Part shown: positions 10,038 through 19,591 of the stretch, in pieces
How positions within the stretch are numbered: the stretch's first letter is position 1
How the letters are laid out: each line of letters starts with the position of its first letter
Origin: an uncultured virus (IMG/VR IMGVR_UViG_3300035670_000050)
Lineage: Duplodnaviria; Heunggongvirae; Uroviricota; Caudoviricetes
Reading direction: 5' to 3' (one strand)
DNA: 58,163 nt
Virus record (IMG/VR): IMGVR_UViG_3300035670_000050
Coordinates: 62,001-120,163 of that record
Notes under the pieces: model-generated
The model's input: only the letters and a program-made list of their open reading frames with translations
What the model was told of the DNA's origin: nothing
Databases searched by the model: none
Program-made: the position numbers and the translations under genes

Positions 10038-10400
10038 ATGGCAGCGCCAAACATATTTAATGTTGCAACTATTACAGGAAAGACAGTTGGTTTAGCTGTT
10101 ACAACATCAGCTCAAGCAATTGTTACAAACTCTTCTGGATCAAATAAAGTATTTAAAATTAATTCTCTTACAATATCTAATGTTGATGGAAGTGCTCCAG
10201 CAGATATTACTGCTGATGTTTTGAAAAATGGTGCTACTTCATTTAGACTAGCATTTACGATTTCTGTTCCAGCAGATTCTACTTTAGTTTTAATTTCTAA
10301 AGATACATCAATTTATCTAGAAGAAAATGATAGTATTAGACTTACAGCTAGTGCTACTGGTGATTTAGAAGCAGTTTGTTCTTATGAAGAATTGAGTTAA
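10038..10400 (+). CDS. Small beta-sandwich fibre adaptor
   Basis: 'MAAPNIFNV.TI.GKT', 'KVFKINSL..SNVDG', 'TISVPADSTL', 'YLEENDSI'. Confidence 0.75.
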   Translation: MAAPNIFNVATITGKTVGLAVTTSAQAIVTNSSGSNKVFKINSLTISNVDGSAPADITADVLKNGATSFRLAFTISVPADSTLVLISKDTSIYLEENDSIRLTASATGDLEAVCSYEELS

Positions 10401-10406
10401 AAATAA

Positions 10407-11588
10407 ATGGGGTTTTATACTAAAGATGGTGGTTTAATTGGAACAGGCCAAAAAAATAGTTTTACTGGTGTTGGAGATTTACATTTAAAATTTTTAAATT
10501 CATCTTCAACATTAGATGTTGGTACTGGTTTTTCATTAACAAGTGGTACAGCAATAGTTAATACAATAGTTGTACAACCTGATGGTAAATTATTAGTTGG
10601 AGGAAATTTTGATACCTATAAAGGAACCACCCAAAATAGAATAGTTAGATTATTGCCTAATGGCAGTGTAGATACTACTTTTAATCCAGGCGGTTCTGGT
10701 TTTGATTCTGTAGTATCAGATATTGTTTTGCAACCTGATGGTAAAATATTAGTTGGAGGAAATTTTAATGGTTATAATGGCGTCCAACAGATTCGTTTTT
10801 TAAGATTAAATAGTGATGGCACATTAGACACATCTTTTAATACTGGTGGAATTGGACCTACAGGACAAGTTCAAACTATTTTTTTACATTCAACTGGAAA
10901 AATATGGATTGGTGGAGATTTTCAATTTTATAATGGAGTGAGTGCTAATAGAATAGCAGGATTAAATAGTGATGGAACAAGAGATACAACTACTTTTAAT
11001 TTTGGTGGAGGTGCTAATGGTACAGTTTTTAAAATAACAAGCACATCTTCCAGTCAATTTATTGTTGTTGGTAGTTTCACACAATTTAATTCTATTACTA
11101 GAAATTATAATGTTAGATTAAATTATGATGGTAGTGCAGTTACTTCTTATACATACAATTCTAGTATTGTAAATTCTTTAACAATATCAAGCACTGAAAT
11201 ATATTTCACTGGAAATTTTATTGCTGGAAATGCTAGAGGTCTTAGCCGAAGAATAGGTGCTACTCTTGTCGAAGATACAACTTTTAATAGTAATATTGGT
11301 ACAGGTTCTGACGGGGGAACTGTATCTGGTGTGCATATACAACCTGATAATAAAATATTAGTTTATGGTTATTTTGGTGCTTTTAATGGTATTACTCACG
11401 GAAGATTATTTAGATTGAACTCTGATGGTACTTTAGATACGAACTTTAATATAGGAACTGGTTTTAATAACGCTGTTGCTACATTAGTTTTAAAACCAGG
11501 AACAACCAAAACATTTTATGTTGGCGGACAGTTTACAAGTTTTAATGGCACTAGTTATAACAGATTAGCAGAATTGACATTCCTATGA
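10407..11588 (+). CDS. Delta-60 repeat (DUF5122-like) beta-propeller, putative adhesin
   Basis: Repeats 'vQPDGKILVGG.F..YNG.......RLNSDGTLDT.FN.G.G'. Confidence 0.85.
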   Translation: MGFYTKDGGLIGTGQKNSFTGVGDLHLKFLNSSSTLDVGTGFSLTSGTAIVNTIVVQPDGKLLVGGNFDTYKGTTQNRIVRLLPNGSVDTTFNPGGSGFDSVVSDIVLQPDGKILVGGNFNGYNGVQQIRFLRLNSDGTLDTSFNTGGIGPTGQVQTIFLHSTGKIWIGGDFQFYNGVSANRIAGLNSDGTRDTTTFNFGGGANGTVFKITSTSSSQFIVVGSFTQFNSITRNYNVRLNYDGSAVTSYTYNSSIVNSLTISSTEIYFTGNFIAGNARGLSRRIGATLVEDTTFNSNIGTGSDGGTVSGVHIQPDNKILVYGYFGAFNGITHGRLFRLNSDGTLDTNFNIGTGFNNAVATLVLKPGTTKTFYVGGQFTSFNGTSYNRLAELTFL

Positions 11589-13327
11589 GAAGAAATACTG
11601 GTTTAATTGGTGTAAAAAGAGAAACTTCTTTAGCAGAAGCACCAGGTGTTTACGATAGGTTTGATGCTTACAATGCAAAAAAATCTAATCTTTGGCCACA
11701 AACAATTAAATATTTGTCATTATCACTTAACAGCGGAACAATTTTAGAATATACATCACAAGTAATAACTTTAACAACTGAAGGTATTTTAACAAACACA
11801 ACATTATATTATACAATATTACATTCAAATTCAAGTTCAGCTGATTTTGCAAGTGGTGTTACTTCTGGAAGTTTTACTGTGTTTAGTGCTACACAAACTG
11901 GTTCTTTTTACGTAGCTACAAAATTTATAGGAAATACATCAAAAACAACTAAAACATTTCAAATTGAAATTAGAACAGGTAGCACTAGTGGTCCAGTTGT
12001 ATACACTTCTGGAACCTACAACATCCCTGCTTGTACTAGTTCTGTAACTTTAACATCTTCTACAATAAATGAAAATTCTTCATCAAGCACTCTACAGATT
12101 ACGATTGGAAATGTAGGTTCATTATCTTCTATTTTTACCGATGCAGCTGCTAGCCTTTCATATACTGGTTCTACAGCAAATGCTTCGGATTTTACATCTT
12201 TACCTAGTTTGATTGATATAGGTCCTGGAACTACAAATGTTACTTATACAACAATTGCAGATGTTACTACTGAAGGTACAGAAACTTTAAATGTTCAAGT
12301 CAGTTATAATGGTTTCAATTTAGGTAGTGCTTCTTTAACTATTACGGATAGTTCTACTCCAATTACAGCTACTGTTACTCCAACTACAAGTTCAGTTAAT
12401 GAAGGTAGTTCTGTCACATTTAATATAAGCATTACTAGTGGTAATTTTTCTAGTGGAACATTATATTGGGAAATGATTACTTCTGGTTCTGTTACTGCTG
12501 CTGATTTTAGTTCACCTGCTAATGCTACTAGTGGAGGTAGTGTTGCTATATCCGGTAGTGCTGGCTCAGTAACATTTACATTAAATTCAGATTTAACTAC
12601 TGAAAGTGCAGCAGAATCTTTTCAATTTCGTTTAAGAGCTAACAGCATTAGTGGAACCATAATAGCAACTTCAAGTTCAGTAACTATCAATGATACATCA
12701 CAAACTCCAGCTGGGTCATCATACACAAGAGTATCTGGAACAAAAGCGCCAACATTAGGTGCTGGTGGAGCTTCATATCCTGGATCAGGTTGGACAGGAT
12801 TACAAAACTCTTCTTCTGATGATGCGAATATATCCGTAACTATACCAACATTCACTATCAATTCTACTAATTATACAACTGTTTTTGTTGGTTCAAATAC
12901 ATATTTAACTTTTGGTTCTGGTTCAACTGCATACAGCAGTTTAAGTGCAACTAATCCACCTTTTAATAAAATACATATTGGAGCTGCTGACAATTCATAT
13001 CAAAGGGTATCAACTATTTCTTCTGGAACAAATTATACCCGTATAAGATACGAAGGAAATGCAAGTACTAGTGGTACAGTAGGTTCGCCAGGAATTGTAT
13101 ATGAAGCTACATTTTTTAATAAAACTTCAACTGGAAATGTTCCTGTTGTAGAAATTTTAGTTGGAAATCATAATCGAACAACTGGCCAAAGAATGATAGC
13201 CTCAACAAATACAGCTTACGCATCATTTACTTTGACTGCAAACCAAAGTTATGTATTTGTTGGCAATTCAACTGGAACATCATGGACGATATATGCTGGT
13301 AGTTATATGTCAGGCACTGGTTATTAA
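11585..13327 (+). CDS. Ser/Thr-rich virion protein with Ig/Calx-beta-like repeats
   Basis: 'SVNEGSSVTF', 'ADF', 'D.TTEG.E.....V' and 'TI.DTS' motifs; ATGA coupling to the upstream gene. Confidence 0.7.
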   Translation: MRRNTGLIGVKRETSLAEAPGVYDRFDAYNAKKSNLWPQTIKYLSLSLNSGTILEYTSQVITLTTEGILTNTTLYYTILHSNSSSADFASGVTSGSFTVFSATQTGSFYVATKFIGNTSKTTKTFQIEIRTGSTSGPVVYTSGTYNIPACTSSVTLTSSTINENSSSSTLQITIGNVGSLSSIFTDAAASLSYTGSTANASDFTSLPSLIDIGPGTTNVTYTTIADVTTEGTETLNVQVSYNGFNLGSASLTITDSSTPITATVTPTTSSVNEGSSVTFNISITSGNFSSGTLYWEMITSGSVTAADFSSPANATSGGSVAISGSAGSVTFTLNSDLTTESAAESFQFRLRANSISGTIIATSSSVTINDTSQTPAGSSYTRVSGTKAPTLGAGGASYPGSGWTGLQNSSSDDANISVTIPTFTINSTNYTTVFVGSNTYLTFGSGSTAYSSLSATNPPFNKIHIGAADNSYQRVSTISSGTNYTRIRYEGNASTSGTVGSPGIVYEATFFNKTSTGNVPVVEILVGNHNRTTGQRMIASTNTAYASFTLTANQSYVFVGNSTGTSWTIYAGSYMSGTGY

Positions 13328-13341
13328 AGGAGTTTTAAAAA

Positions 13342-13785
13342 ATGAGTTTATATAGTTATAAAGGTGGTTATCCAAGTTCTTTACCAGACAGGATTAGATT
13401 GTCTAATGGTTTGACTCGTACAGAAAAAAACACTTTCACAGAAGAAGAAATTGCTAATGCTGGTTATGTTTTAGCTGAAGACCCACCAATTCATAATGAA
13501 AGACAAAGACTTGTATGGTCAGGTACAACTTGGCAAATTGTAGATTTCTCAGAAGAAGAGATAGCAGAAATAGTTGAAAGAGAATGGCAAACGATAAGAT
13601 TCAAAAGAGACGAAAAGATAAAAGAAGTTGAATGGAGATTATTTAGATATCAGTCTCAAATTAGATTGGGAATACCAACAGATGACAGTCCAGAAGAGAT
13701 AAATAAGATAGATGTCTATATACAAAACTTACGAGATGTGACAAATCAAAATGATCCATCTAACATAGTATGGCCGACTTTATAA
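13342..13785 (+). CDS. Tail fibre assembly chaperone-like protein
   Basis: AAGGAG RBS; C-terminal 'W..IR..RD......W...Y.Q.LRD...Q.DP..I.WP'. Confidence 0.75.
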   Translation: MSLYSYKGGYPSSLPDRIRLSNGLTRTEKNTFTEEEIANAGYVLAEDPPIHNERQRLVWSGTTWQIVDFSEEEIAEIVEREWQTIRFKRDEKIKEVEWRLFRYQSQIRLGIPTDDSPEEINKIDVYIQNLRDVTNQNDPSNIVWPTL

Positions 13786-13829
13786 TCAAAAACATTAAAA
13801 AAAATATAAAAAGCACCGAGGGTTTATAA

Positions 13830-16136
13830 ATGATCAGATTAAGTAATTTTTTAGGCAGCACTTATGTTGGAGTATCAGGTTATTCTGGGTACTCTGGCGT
13901 TTCGGCAGAAGGTGGCCAAGCTGACCTTTCTCAAATAATGGAAGATGTTGTTCCAGCAATTGATGGTGTATATGACATAGGTCTATCAACTAACTCTTGG
14001 TACAACATATATTTGAAAAATGGAATTTACTTTGAAGAGATAAATCTTTTGGCAGATCAATCAGTTTCTACAGAAATTCAAGATGTAGAAACTGATGTAC
14101 AAGTATTAATTGCAGCATGGTCAGTTGGTGGTGATTTAATTACAGGTAGAATGTTTCATGCTGGTGCTGGTACTCAAGATGCAGCATTAGCTTTTGGTGG
14201 TCAATCTAGTGATTATCTATCCTCAACAGAAGAATACAATGGTACATCATGGTCAGCTGGTGGTAATTTAATTCAAGCTAAAGATGATTTAGCTAGTGCT
14301 GGTACTCAAGATGCAGGATTAGCTATTGGTGGCCAAACTGATGGTGGTTTTCAATTCTCAACAGAAGAATATGATGGTACATCATGGTCAGCTGGTGGTA
14401 ATTTAATTACAGCTAGAGGCTGGAATGCTGGTGCTGGTACTCAAGATGCAGGATTAACTTTTGGTGGGAATAACACTTATCTATCCTCAACAGAAGAATA
14501 CAATGGTACATCATGGTCATCTGGTGGTAATTTAATTACAGCTAGATCAAATCATGCTGGTGCTGGTACTCAAGATGCAGGATTAGCTTTTGGTGGGTAT
14601 AGTGTTGACAATTATCTATCTTCAACAGAAGAATACGATGGTACATCATGGTCAGCTGGTGGTAGTTTAAGTACAGCTAGATCAAGTCATGCTGGTGCTG
14701 GTACTCAAAATGCAGGATTAGCTTTTGGTGGTATTGCTAATTATACATATTTTTCCTCAACAGAAGAATACGATGGTACATCATGGTCATATGGTGGTTA
14801 TTTAATTGCAGGTAGAGCCTGGCATGCTGGTGCTGGTACTCAAGATGCAGCATTAGCTTTTGGTGGTGATAGATATAACACTAGTTATGTATCCTCAACA
14901 GAAGAATATAATAAAAGTCTAACAACTATAAAAGAGTTGGTACCTACTGAAATAGAAGTTGTTACTCCTTTATTAAACATTAACTCTGACATATCTGTTA
15001 AAGATATTTTTGGTGAAAACATTTTTGGTACTTCATTGGTATTGACCGATATTGTTATTGTAGACAATGTTATCACACCAATAAACACTCAGTTATATGC
15101 CACTCCAGAAATTATTGTTGACGGAGGAATAACAGTTTCTTCGACTAATCCAACATATTTAAAATTTAATCAAATAGTTCCATCTGAAACAACTGAACCA
15201 TTTGAAATGAATCTTAATACATCTGTAGTTGAAGCTAATGGAACTGCAACTACAAATGATGAATGTATTAATATAGTTTTAAATATGGACACTCTGTATC
15301 CTCAAATTGGTGTTACAGATAGAACTTCAAGAATGTGGATATATGCACCAACTGGCACTTTCACAACAACCAAATCATTTGACGATTTAGTGCCTGGTGA
15401 GCTGTATGATATTACTATCCCTACTGTCTATTATTCTAGTCAATATCCAAGTTTTTTACAGAATAGAAGTTCTCCAACAACAATACAATTAGAATTTGTA
15501 GAAAAAATTGATAATTATCTAGGTTTCTTTGATGCTTTAGAATTTAGAATTCCACCAGAACTTACAGAACTATACAATACTCCATCAGATGCAGCATTAA
15601 CTGTTGTGACGAATCAACCAGCAACTAATTATATCATAACAATTTATCAAAGTGAGTCAACAACATTTGATTATTCTATTTTAGACACATACGGTTCAGA
15701 AGGAATGTTCAGATATAATCCACAAACAAAAGGATTTGAAGGACATAATGGTACAGAATGGGGACCAATTGGAGGTAGTGTAGACCTTGATTGGGCCAAT
15801 ATGACCAATAAACCTGATCCAGTCATAACAGTTACACTTACTGGAGATGTTACAGGTACAGCTAATACGACATTAACAGATTTAGCATCTGGTACAATTT
15901 CTGTTGCAACATCAGTTACATTATCATATTCAAGACAAAAATTTACTGGTAATGGTACTACAACTTCTTTTTCATTATGGGAATCTGGAAGAAATGTTGA
16001 TAATATTTTAGTATTTGTGAATGGTCTTTGTTTTGAACCAACTGAAGATTATACTGTAAGCGGTACTAGTTTAGTGTTTGTAGAAGCTCCAAGCGCTCAA
16101 GCTGAAATTGTCGTAAGATATCTTCCTATTTTATAG
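13830..16136 (+). CDS. Multidomain virion protein containing six-bladed Kelch-like propeller 1
   Basis: Six 'WS.GGNLI..R..HAGAGTQ.A.LAFGG...SSTEEY.GTS' repeats; C-terminal 'FTGNG.TT.F....LVFVNG....P..DYTVSGT.L.F..AP' fibre-anchor domain. Confidence 0.85.
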   Translation: MIRLSNFLGSTYVGVSGYSGYSGVSAEGGQADLSQIMEDVVPAIDGVYDIGLSTNSWYNIYLKNGIYFEEINLLADQSVSTEIQDVETDVQVLIAAWSVGGDLITGRMFHAGAGTQDAALAFGGQSSDYLSSTEEYNGTSWSAGGNLIQAKDDLASAGTQDAGLAIGGQTDGGFQFSTEEYDGTSWSAGGNLITARGWNAGAGTQDAGLTFGGNNTYLSSTEEYNGTSWSSGGNLITARSNHAGAGTQDAGLAFGGYSVDNYLSSTEEYDGTSWSAGGSLSTARSSHAGAGTQNAGLAFGGIANYTYFSSTEEYDGTSWSYGGYLIAGRAWHAGAGTQDAALAFGGDRYNTSYVSSTEEYNKSLTTIKELVPTEIEVVTPLLNINSDISVKDIFGENIFGTSLVLTDIVIVDNVITPINTQLYATPEIIVDGGITVSSTNPTYLKFNQIVPSETTEPFEMNLNTSVVEANGTATTNDECINIVLNMDTLYPQIGVTDRTSRMWIYAPTGTFTTTKSFDDLVPGELYDITIPTVYYSSQYPSFLQNRSSPTTIQLEFVEKIDNYLGFFDALEFRIPPELTELYNTPSDAALTVVTNQPATNYIITIYQSESTTFDYSILDTYGSEGMFRYNPQTKGFEGHNGTEWGPIGGSVDLDWANMTNKPDPVITVTLTGDVTGTANTTLTDLASGTISVATSVTLSYSRQKFTGNGTTTSFSLWESGRNVDNILVFVNGLCFEPTEDYTVSGTSLVFVEAPSAQAEIVVRYLPIL

Positions 16137-16147
16137 TAAATAAAAAA

Positions 16148-17161
16148 ATGTCTAAAGCTAGAAAATTTGCAAACAGTATTTATGGTAATGGTCCTGTTGG
16201 TATTCCTTTAGTTAAAAGGTCTACTGATTATGAACCAAATTCAAGCAACAATGCTTTAATATGGTATAACACAACTGAAAACAAATTAAAGTTTATAGAA
16301 CTCTATTTCGATGGATATCATATTCGTACAATAGTTCCACAAACTAAAATTTGGACTTATATATCCAATATGATCAGTAGTAGGAATACTCATCGTGGTT
16401 CTGGCACTCAAAATGCAGCACTAGCTTTTAGTGGTCGGATTGTTTGGGACTATACAAACACAACAGAAGAATATAATGGTATAACATGGTCAGCTGAGGG
16501 TAACATAATTACATCTAGAATATATTTCGCTGGAACTGGTGGTCCAAACGCAGCATTAGCTATTGGTGGTTGGGATGTTAATAGTAATACATTAAACTCA
16601 ACAGAAGAATACAATGGTACATCATGGTCAGCTGGTGGTAATTTAATTACAAATAGGTTTAGGAATGATGCTACTGGCACTCAAGATGCAGCATTAACTT
16701 TTGGTAATGCTGGAGTAACCTCAACAACAGAAGAATATAATGGCACATCATGGTCAGCTGGTGGTAATTTAGTTACAGGTAGAAATGTACCTTCTGCTGC
16801 TGGTAGTCAAGATGCAGCATTAGCTATTGGTGGTACTTTTAGTAATGCACCTTATCTTACATACTCAACAGAAGAATACAATGGTACATCATGGTCAACT
16901 AGCACTAATACCAATCGAGCTCGAGTAGAAGCAAATGCGTGTTCTTTAAATATAGATCAAACTATTATTTATGGAAGTATTACATATGTTGAAGTTACTT
17001 GGGGGTCAAATATTGTAGAAGAATATGATGGCATATCATGGACAAATACTAGTACATTATTATTTCGAGAAACTAACAATTATGATAGAACTGGAGCATC
17101 TCATGGATCAAAAACAGCTGCTTTACATTCAGAAACAACTAGAAGTATGGTTTATAATTAA
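16148..17161 (+). CDS. Kelch-like propeller protein 2 (last two blades degenerate)
   Basis: Six blade repeats; N-terminus MSKARKFA. Confidence 0.85.
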   Translation: MSKARKFANSIYGNGPVGIPLVKRSTDYEPNSSNNALIWYNTTENKLKFIELYFDGYHIRTIVPQTKIWTYISNMISSRNTHRGSGTQNAALAFSGRIVWDYTNTTEEYNGITWSAEGNIITSRIYFAGTGGPNAALAIGGWDVNSNTLNSTEEYNGTSWSAGGNLITNRFRNDATGTQDAALTFGNAGVTSTTEEYNGTSWSAGGNLVTGRNVPSAAGSQDAALAIGGTFSNAPYLTYSTEEYNGTSWSTSTNTNRARVEANACSLNIDQTIIYGSITYVEVTWGSNIVEEYDGISWTNTSTLLFRETNNYDRTGASHGSKTAALHSETTRSMVYN

Positions 17162-17175
17162 ATAAAGGAAAATAT

Positions 17176-17484
17176 ATGAAATATATTCAAGCAATAAATA
17201 CTGGTAAAGGTTTTATCACTCATCAAGACAGAGAACTTGGTCATTTTAGTGGGCATGCTGGAAATATTTACGCTGTTGCTGATAATGTTGCATTAGAATG
17301 GAAAAATAGAGTTAATGGCGTTGAAAAAACTTTAGAAGAAGCTCAAAATATATGTTTAGAGTCTATGCAAACCAATTGGGATGAACAGTTTAATTTAGTT
17401 ATAGAGAACGAAACAGATGAGATGAAAAATAGAAGAATACAAATGTTAGGTGAAAGACCAACATCTGTCGATTTGCCTGTTTGA
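17176..17484 (+). CDS. Hypothetical protein embedded in the Kelch cluster
   Basis: AAGGA RBS; 102 aa; no family recognised. Confidence 0.7.
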   Translation: MKYIQAINTGKGFITHQDRELGHFSGHAGNIYAVADNVALEWKNRVNGVEKTLEEAQNICLESMQTNWDEQFNLVIENETDEMKNRRIQMLGERPTSVDLPV

Positions 17485-17495
17485 AATAATAAAAT

Positions 17496-18527
17496 ATGGG
17501 AACAATTACCAGAAAATTTGCAAGCAAAATTCGTGGAGAAAGTTCATCTTTTATTCTTAGAAATGTATTTTTTTATGATTTAAATGACAGAAAATTTGGT
17601 CAGGTGTTAACCTATAATATTGGTGATAACCTAAGATATGTATCTGGAAAAAGATTACCTGGAACATGGTCAACTGGTGGTAATTTAATTCGATCCAGAA
17701 TTTCTGCTGCTGGTGCTGGTAATCAAGATGGAGGATTAGGATTAGCTTTTGGTGGGCTTGATTTTTTTGCTAGAAACTCATCAGAAACATATAATGGCAC
17801 AATATGGATATCCCGTGGTAATCTAATTACAGCTAGATATGATCATGCTGGTGCTGGTACTCACGATACAGCATTACTTTTTGGTGGGACATCTACTGTT
17901 GATTTTACCATTACATCCTCAACAGAAGAATATAATGGGTTTTCATGGTCAACTGGAGGTAATTTAATTACAGCTAGATATGATCATGCTGGTGCTGGTA
18001 CTCAAGATGCAGCATTAGCTATTGGTGGGATATCTGGTGTTACTTTTACCGTTACATCCTCAACAGAAGAATATAATGGTACATCATGGTCAACTGGTGG
18101 TAATTTAATTCAAGCTAGATATAGTCATGCTGGTGCTGGCACTCAAGATGCAGGATTAGCTATTGGTGGGATTCCTTCTAATGTTGTTGGTAATTCAACA
18201 GAAGAATACAATGGTACATCATGGTCAGCTGGAGGTAATTTAATTACAACTAGATATAGTCATGCTGGTGCTGGTACTCAATATGCAGGATTAGTTTTTG
18301 GTGGGTATTATTTTAGTGATCTATCCTCAACAGAAGAATATAATGGTACATCATGGTCAACTGGTGGTAATTTAATTCAAGCTAGATATGAACATGCTGG
18401 TGCTGGTACTCAATATGCAGCATTAGCTTTTGGTGGGTATATTAGTGGTTCATCATCTAATTCAACAGAAGAATACTCAATTACTGCTAATACTGATCTA
18501 TTCGAACAAATTTTTTTATCAGAGTGA
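17496..18527 (+). CDS. Kelch-like propeller protein 3
   Basis: Six blade repeats; N-terminus MGTITRKFA. Confidence 0.85.
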   Translation: MGTITRKFASKIRGESSSFILRNVFFYDLNDRKFGQVLTYNIGDNLRYVSGKRLPGTWSTGGNLIRSRISAAGAGNQDGGLGLAFGGLDFFARNSSETYNGTIWISRGNLITARYDHAGAGTHDTALLFGGTSTVDFTITSSTEEYNGFSWSTGGNLITARYDHAGAGTQDAALAIGGISGVTFTVTSSTEEYNGTSWSTGGNLIQARYSHAGAGTQDAGLAIGGIPSNVVGNSTEEYNGTSWSAGGNLITTRYSHAGAGTQYAGLVFGGYYFSDLSSTEEYNGTSWSTGGNLIQARYEHAGAGTQYAALAFGGYISGSSSNSTEEYSITANTDLFEQIFLSE

Positions 18528-18530
18528 AAA

Positions 18531-19565
18531 ATGGGCGTTATAACACGATTATTGGCAAAAGAAATTTCAAATACTAATTTAGAAAATTCTAGTTTGGTAA
18601 ATAGTTATATTGGCGATATGCCTAATCCAACTGTATCTGATATTGGCGATATTTTTTATAATATGTCTACAGGTAAAATAAAGGCGGTAGGTTTAATTTT
18701 AAATTATGCTATAACTCAAACATGGTCAACTAGTGGTAATTTAATTCAAGCTAGATTAGAACATGCTGGTGCTGGTACTCAATATGCAGCATTAGCTTTT
18801 GGTGGTTTTGCTAATTATAATAGTGGTTTTACTCGTTTATCCTCAACAGAAGAATACAATGGTACATCATGGTCAGCTGGTGGTAGTTTAATTACAGGTA
18901 GATATAAACATTCTGGTGCTGGTACTCAAGATGCAGGATTAGCTTTTGGTGGTTTTGATATAAATAATGCTTATCTATCCTCAACAGAAGAATATAATGG
19001 TACATCATGGTCAGCTGGTGGTAATTTAATTACAGGTAGATATGAACATGCTGGTGCTGGTACTCAAGATGCAGGATTAGCTTTTAGTGGTTTTAACTCC
19101 AGTGGTCTGTTATCAACCTCAACAGAAGAATACAATGGTACATCATGGTCAGCTGGAGGTAATTTAATTACAGGTAGGTATTCTTTTGCTGGTACTGGTA
19201 CTCAAGATGCAGCATTAGCTTTTGGTGGTTGGGCTAGTGGTCTTACACTCTCAACAGAAGAATACAATGGTACATCATGGTCAGCTGGTGGTAATTTAAG
19301 TACAGGTAGAGATTCTCTAGTTGGTGCTGGTACCGCAGACGCAGGATTAGCTTTTGGTGGTTATAATTGGGGTCGTCTTTCATTAACAGAAGAATACGAT
19401 GGTACATCATGGTCAGCTGGTGGTAATTTAATTCAAGCTAGAGTAGAACATGCTGGTGCTGGCATTCAAAATGCAGCATTAACTTTTGGTGGGGATAGTT
19501 TTGGTTATCCATCATCTTCAACAGAAGAATACAATCAAATTGTACCTGCAATAAATACAATATAA
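18531..19565 (+). CDS. Kelch-like propeller protein 4
   Basis: Six blade repeats; N-terminus MGVITRLLA. Confidence 0.85.
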   Translation: MGVITRLLAKEISNTNLENSSLVNSYIGDMPNPTVSDIGDIFYNMSTGKIKAVGLILNYAITQTWSTSGNLIQARLEHAGAGTQYAALAFGGFANYNSGFTRLSSTEEYNGTSWSAGGSLITGRYKHSGAGTQDAGLAFGGFDINNAYLSSTEEYNGTSWSAGGNLITGRYEHAGAGTQDAGLAFSGFNSSGLLSTSTEEYNGTSWSAGGNLITGRYSFAGTGTQDAALAFGGWASGLTLSTEEYNGTSWSAGGNLSTGRDSLVGAGTADAGLAFGGYNWGRLSLTEEYDGTSWSAGGNLIQARVEHAGAGIQNAALTFGGDSFGYPSSSTEEYNQIVPAINTI

Positions 19566-19591
19566 TTTACATAATTTTTATAGGATTTAAT

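Larger units (their letters stand above)
14118..19535 (+). repeat. About 24 Kelch-like blade repeats (~130-150 bp) across four genes
   Basis: e.g. 52-nt ctcaacagaagaatacaatggtacatcatggtcagctggtggtaatttaatt identical at 14222 and 16597; about 50 nt of it again at 19250. Confidence 0.9.

Noticed and set aside
7814..10054. Alternative-frame and antisense ORFs (7814..8284, 8663..8920, 8720..9070, 9623..10054, 9644..9841)
   Set aside because: Shadows of the stop-poor Gly-X-Ser repeat DNA, with no convincing RBS.
14118..19535. CRISPR-like repeat-spacer array
   Set aside because: Constant and variable segments are all in frame within protein-coding genes, and no cas genes are present.
13830..19565. 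Diversity-generating retroelement acting on the Kelch repeats
   Set aside because: No reverse transcriptase or non-coding template repeat in the window. Differences include indels and are not adenine-restricted.
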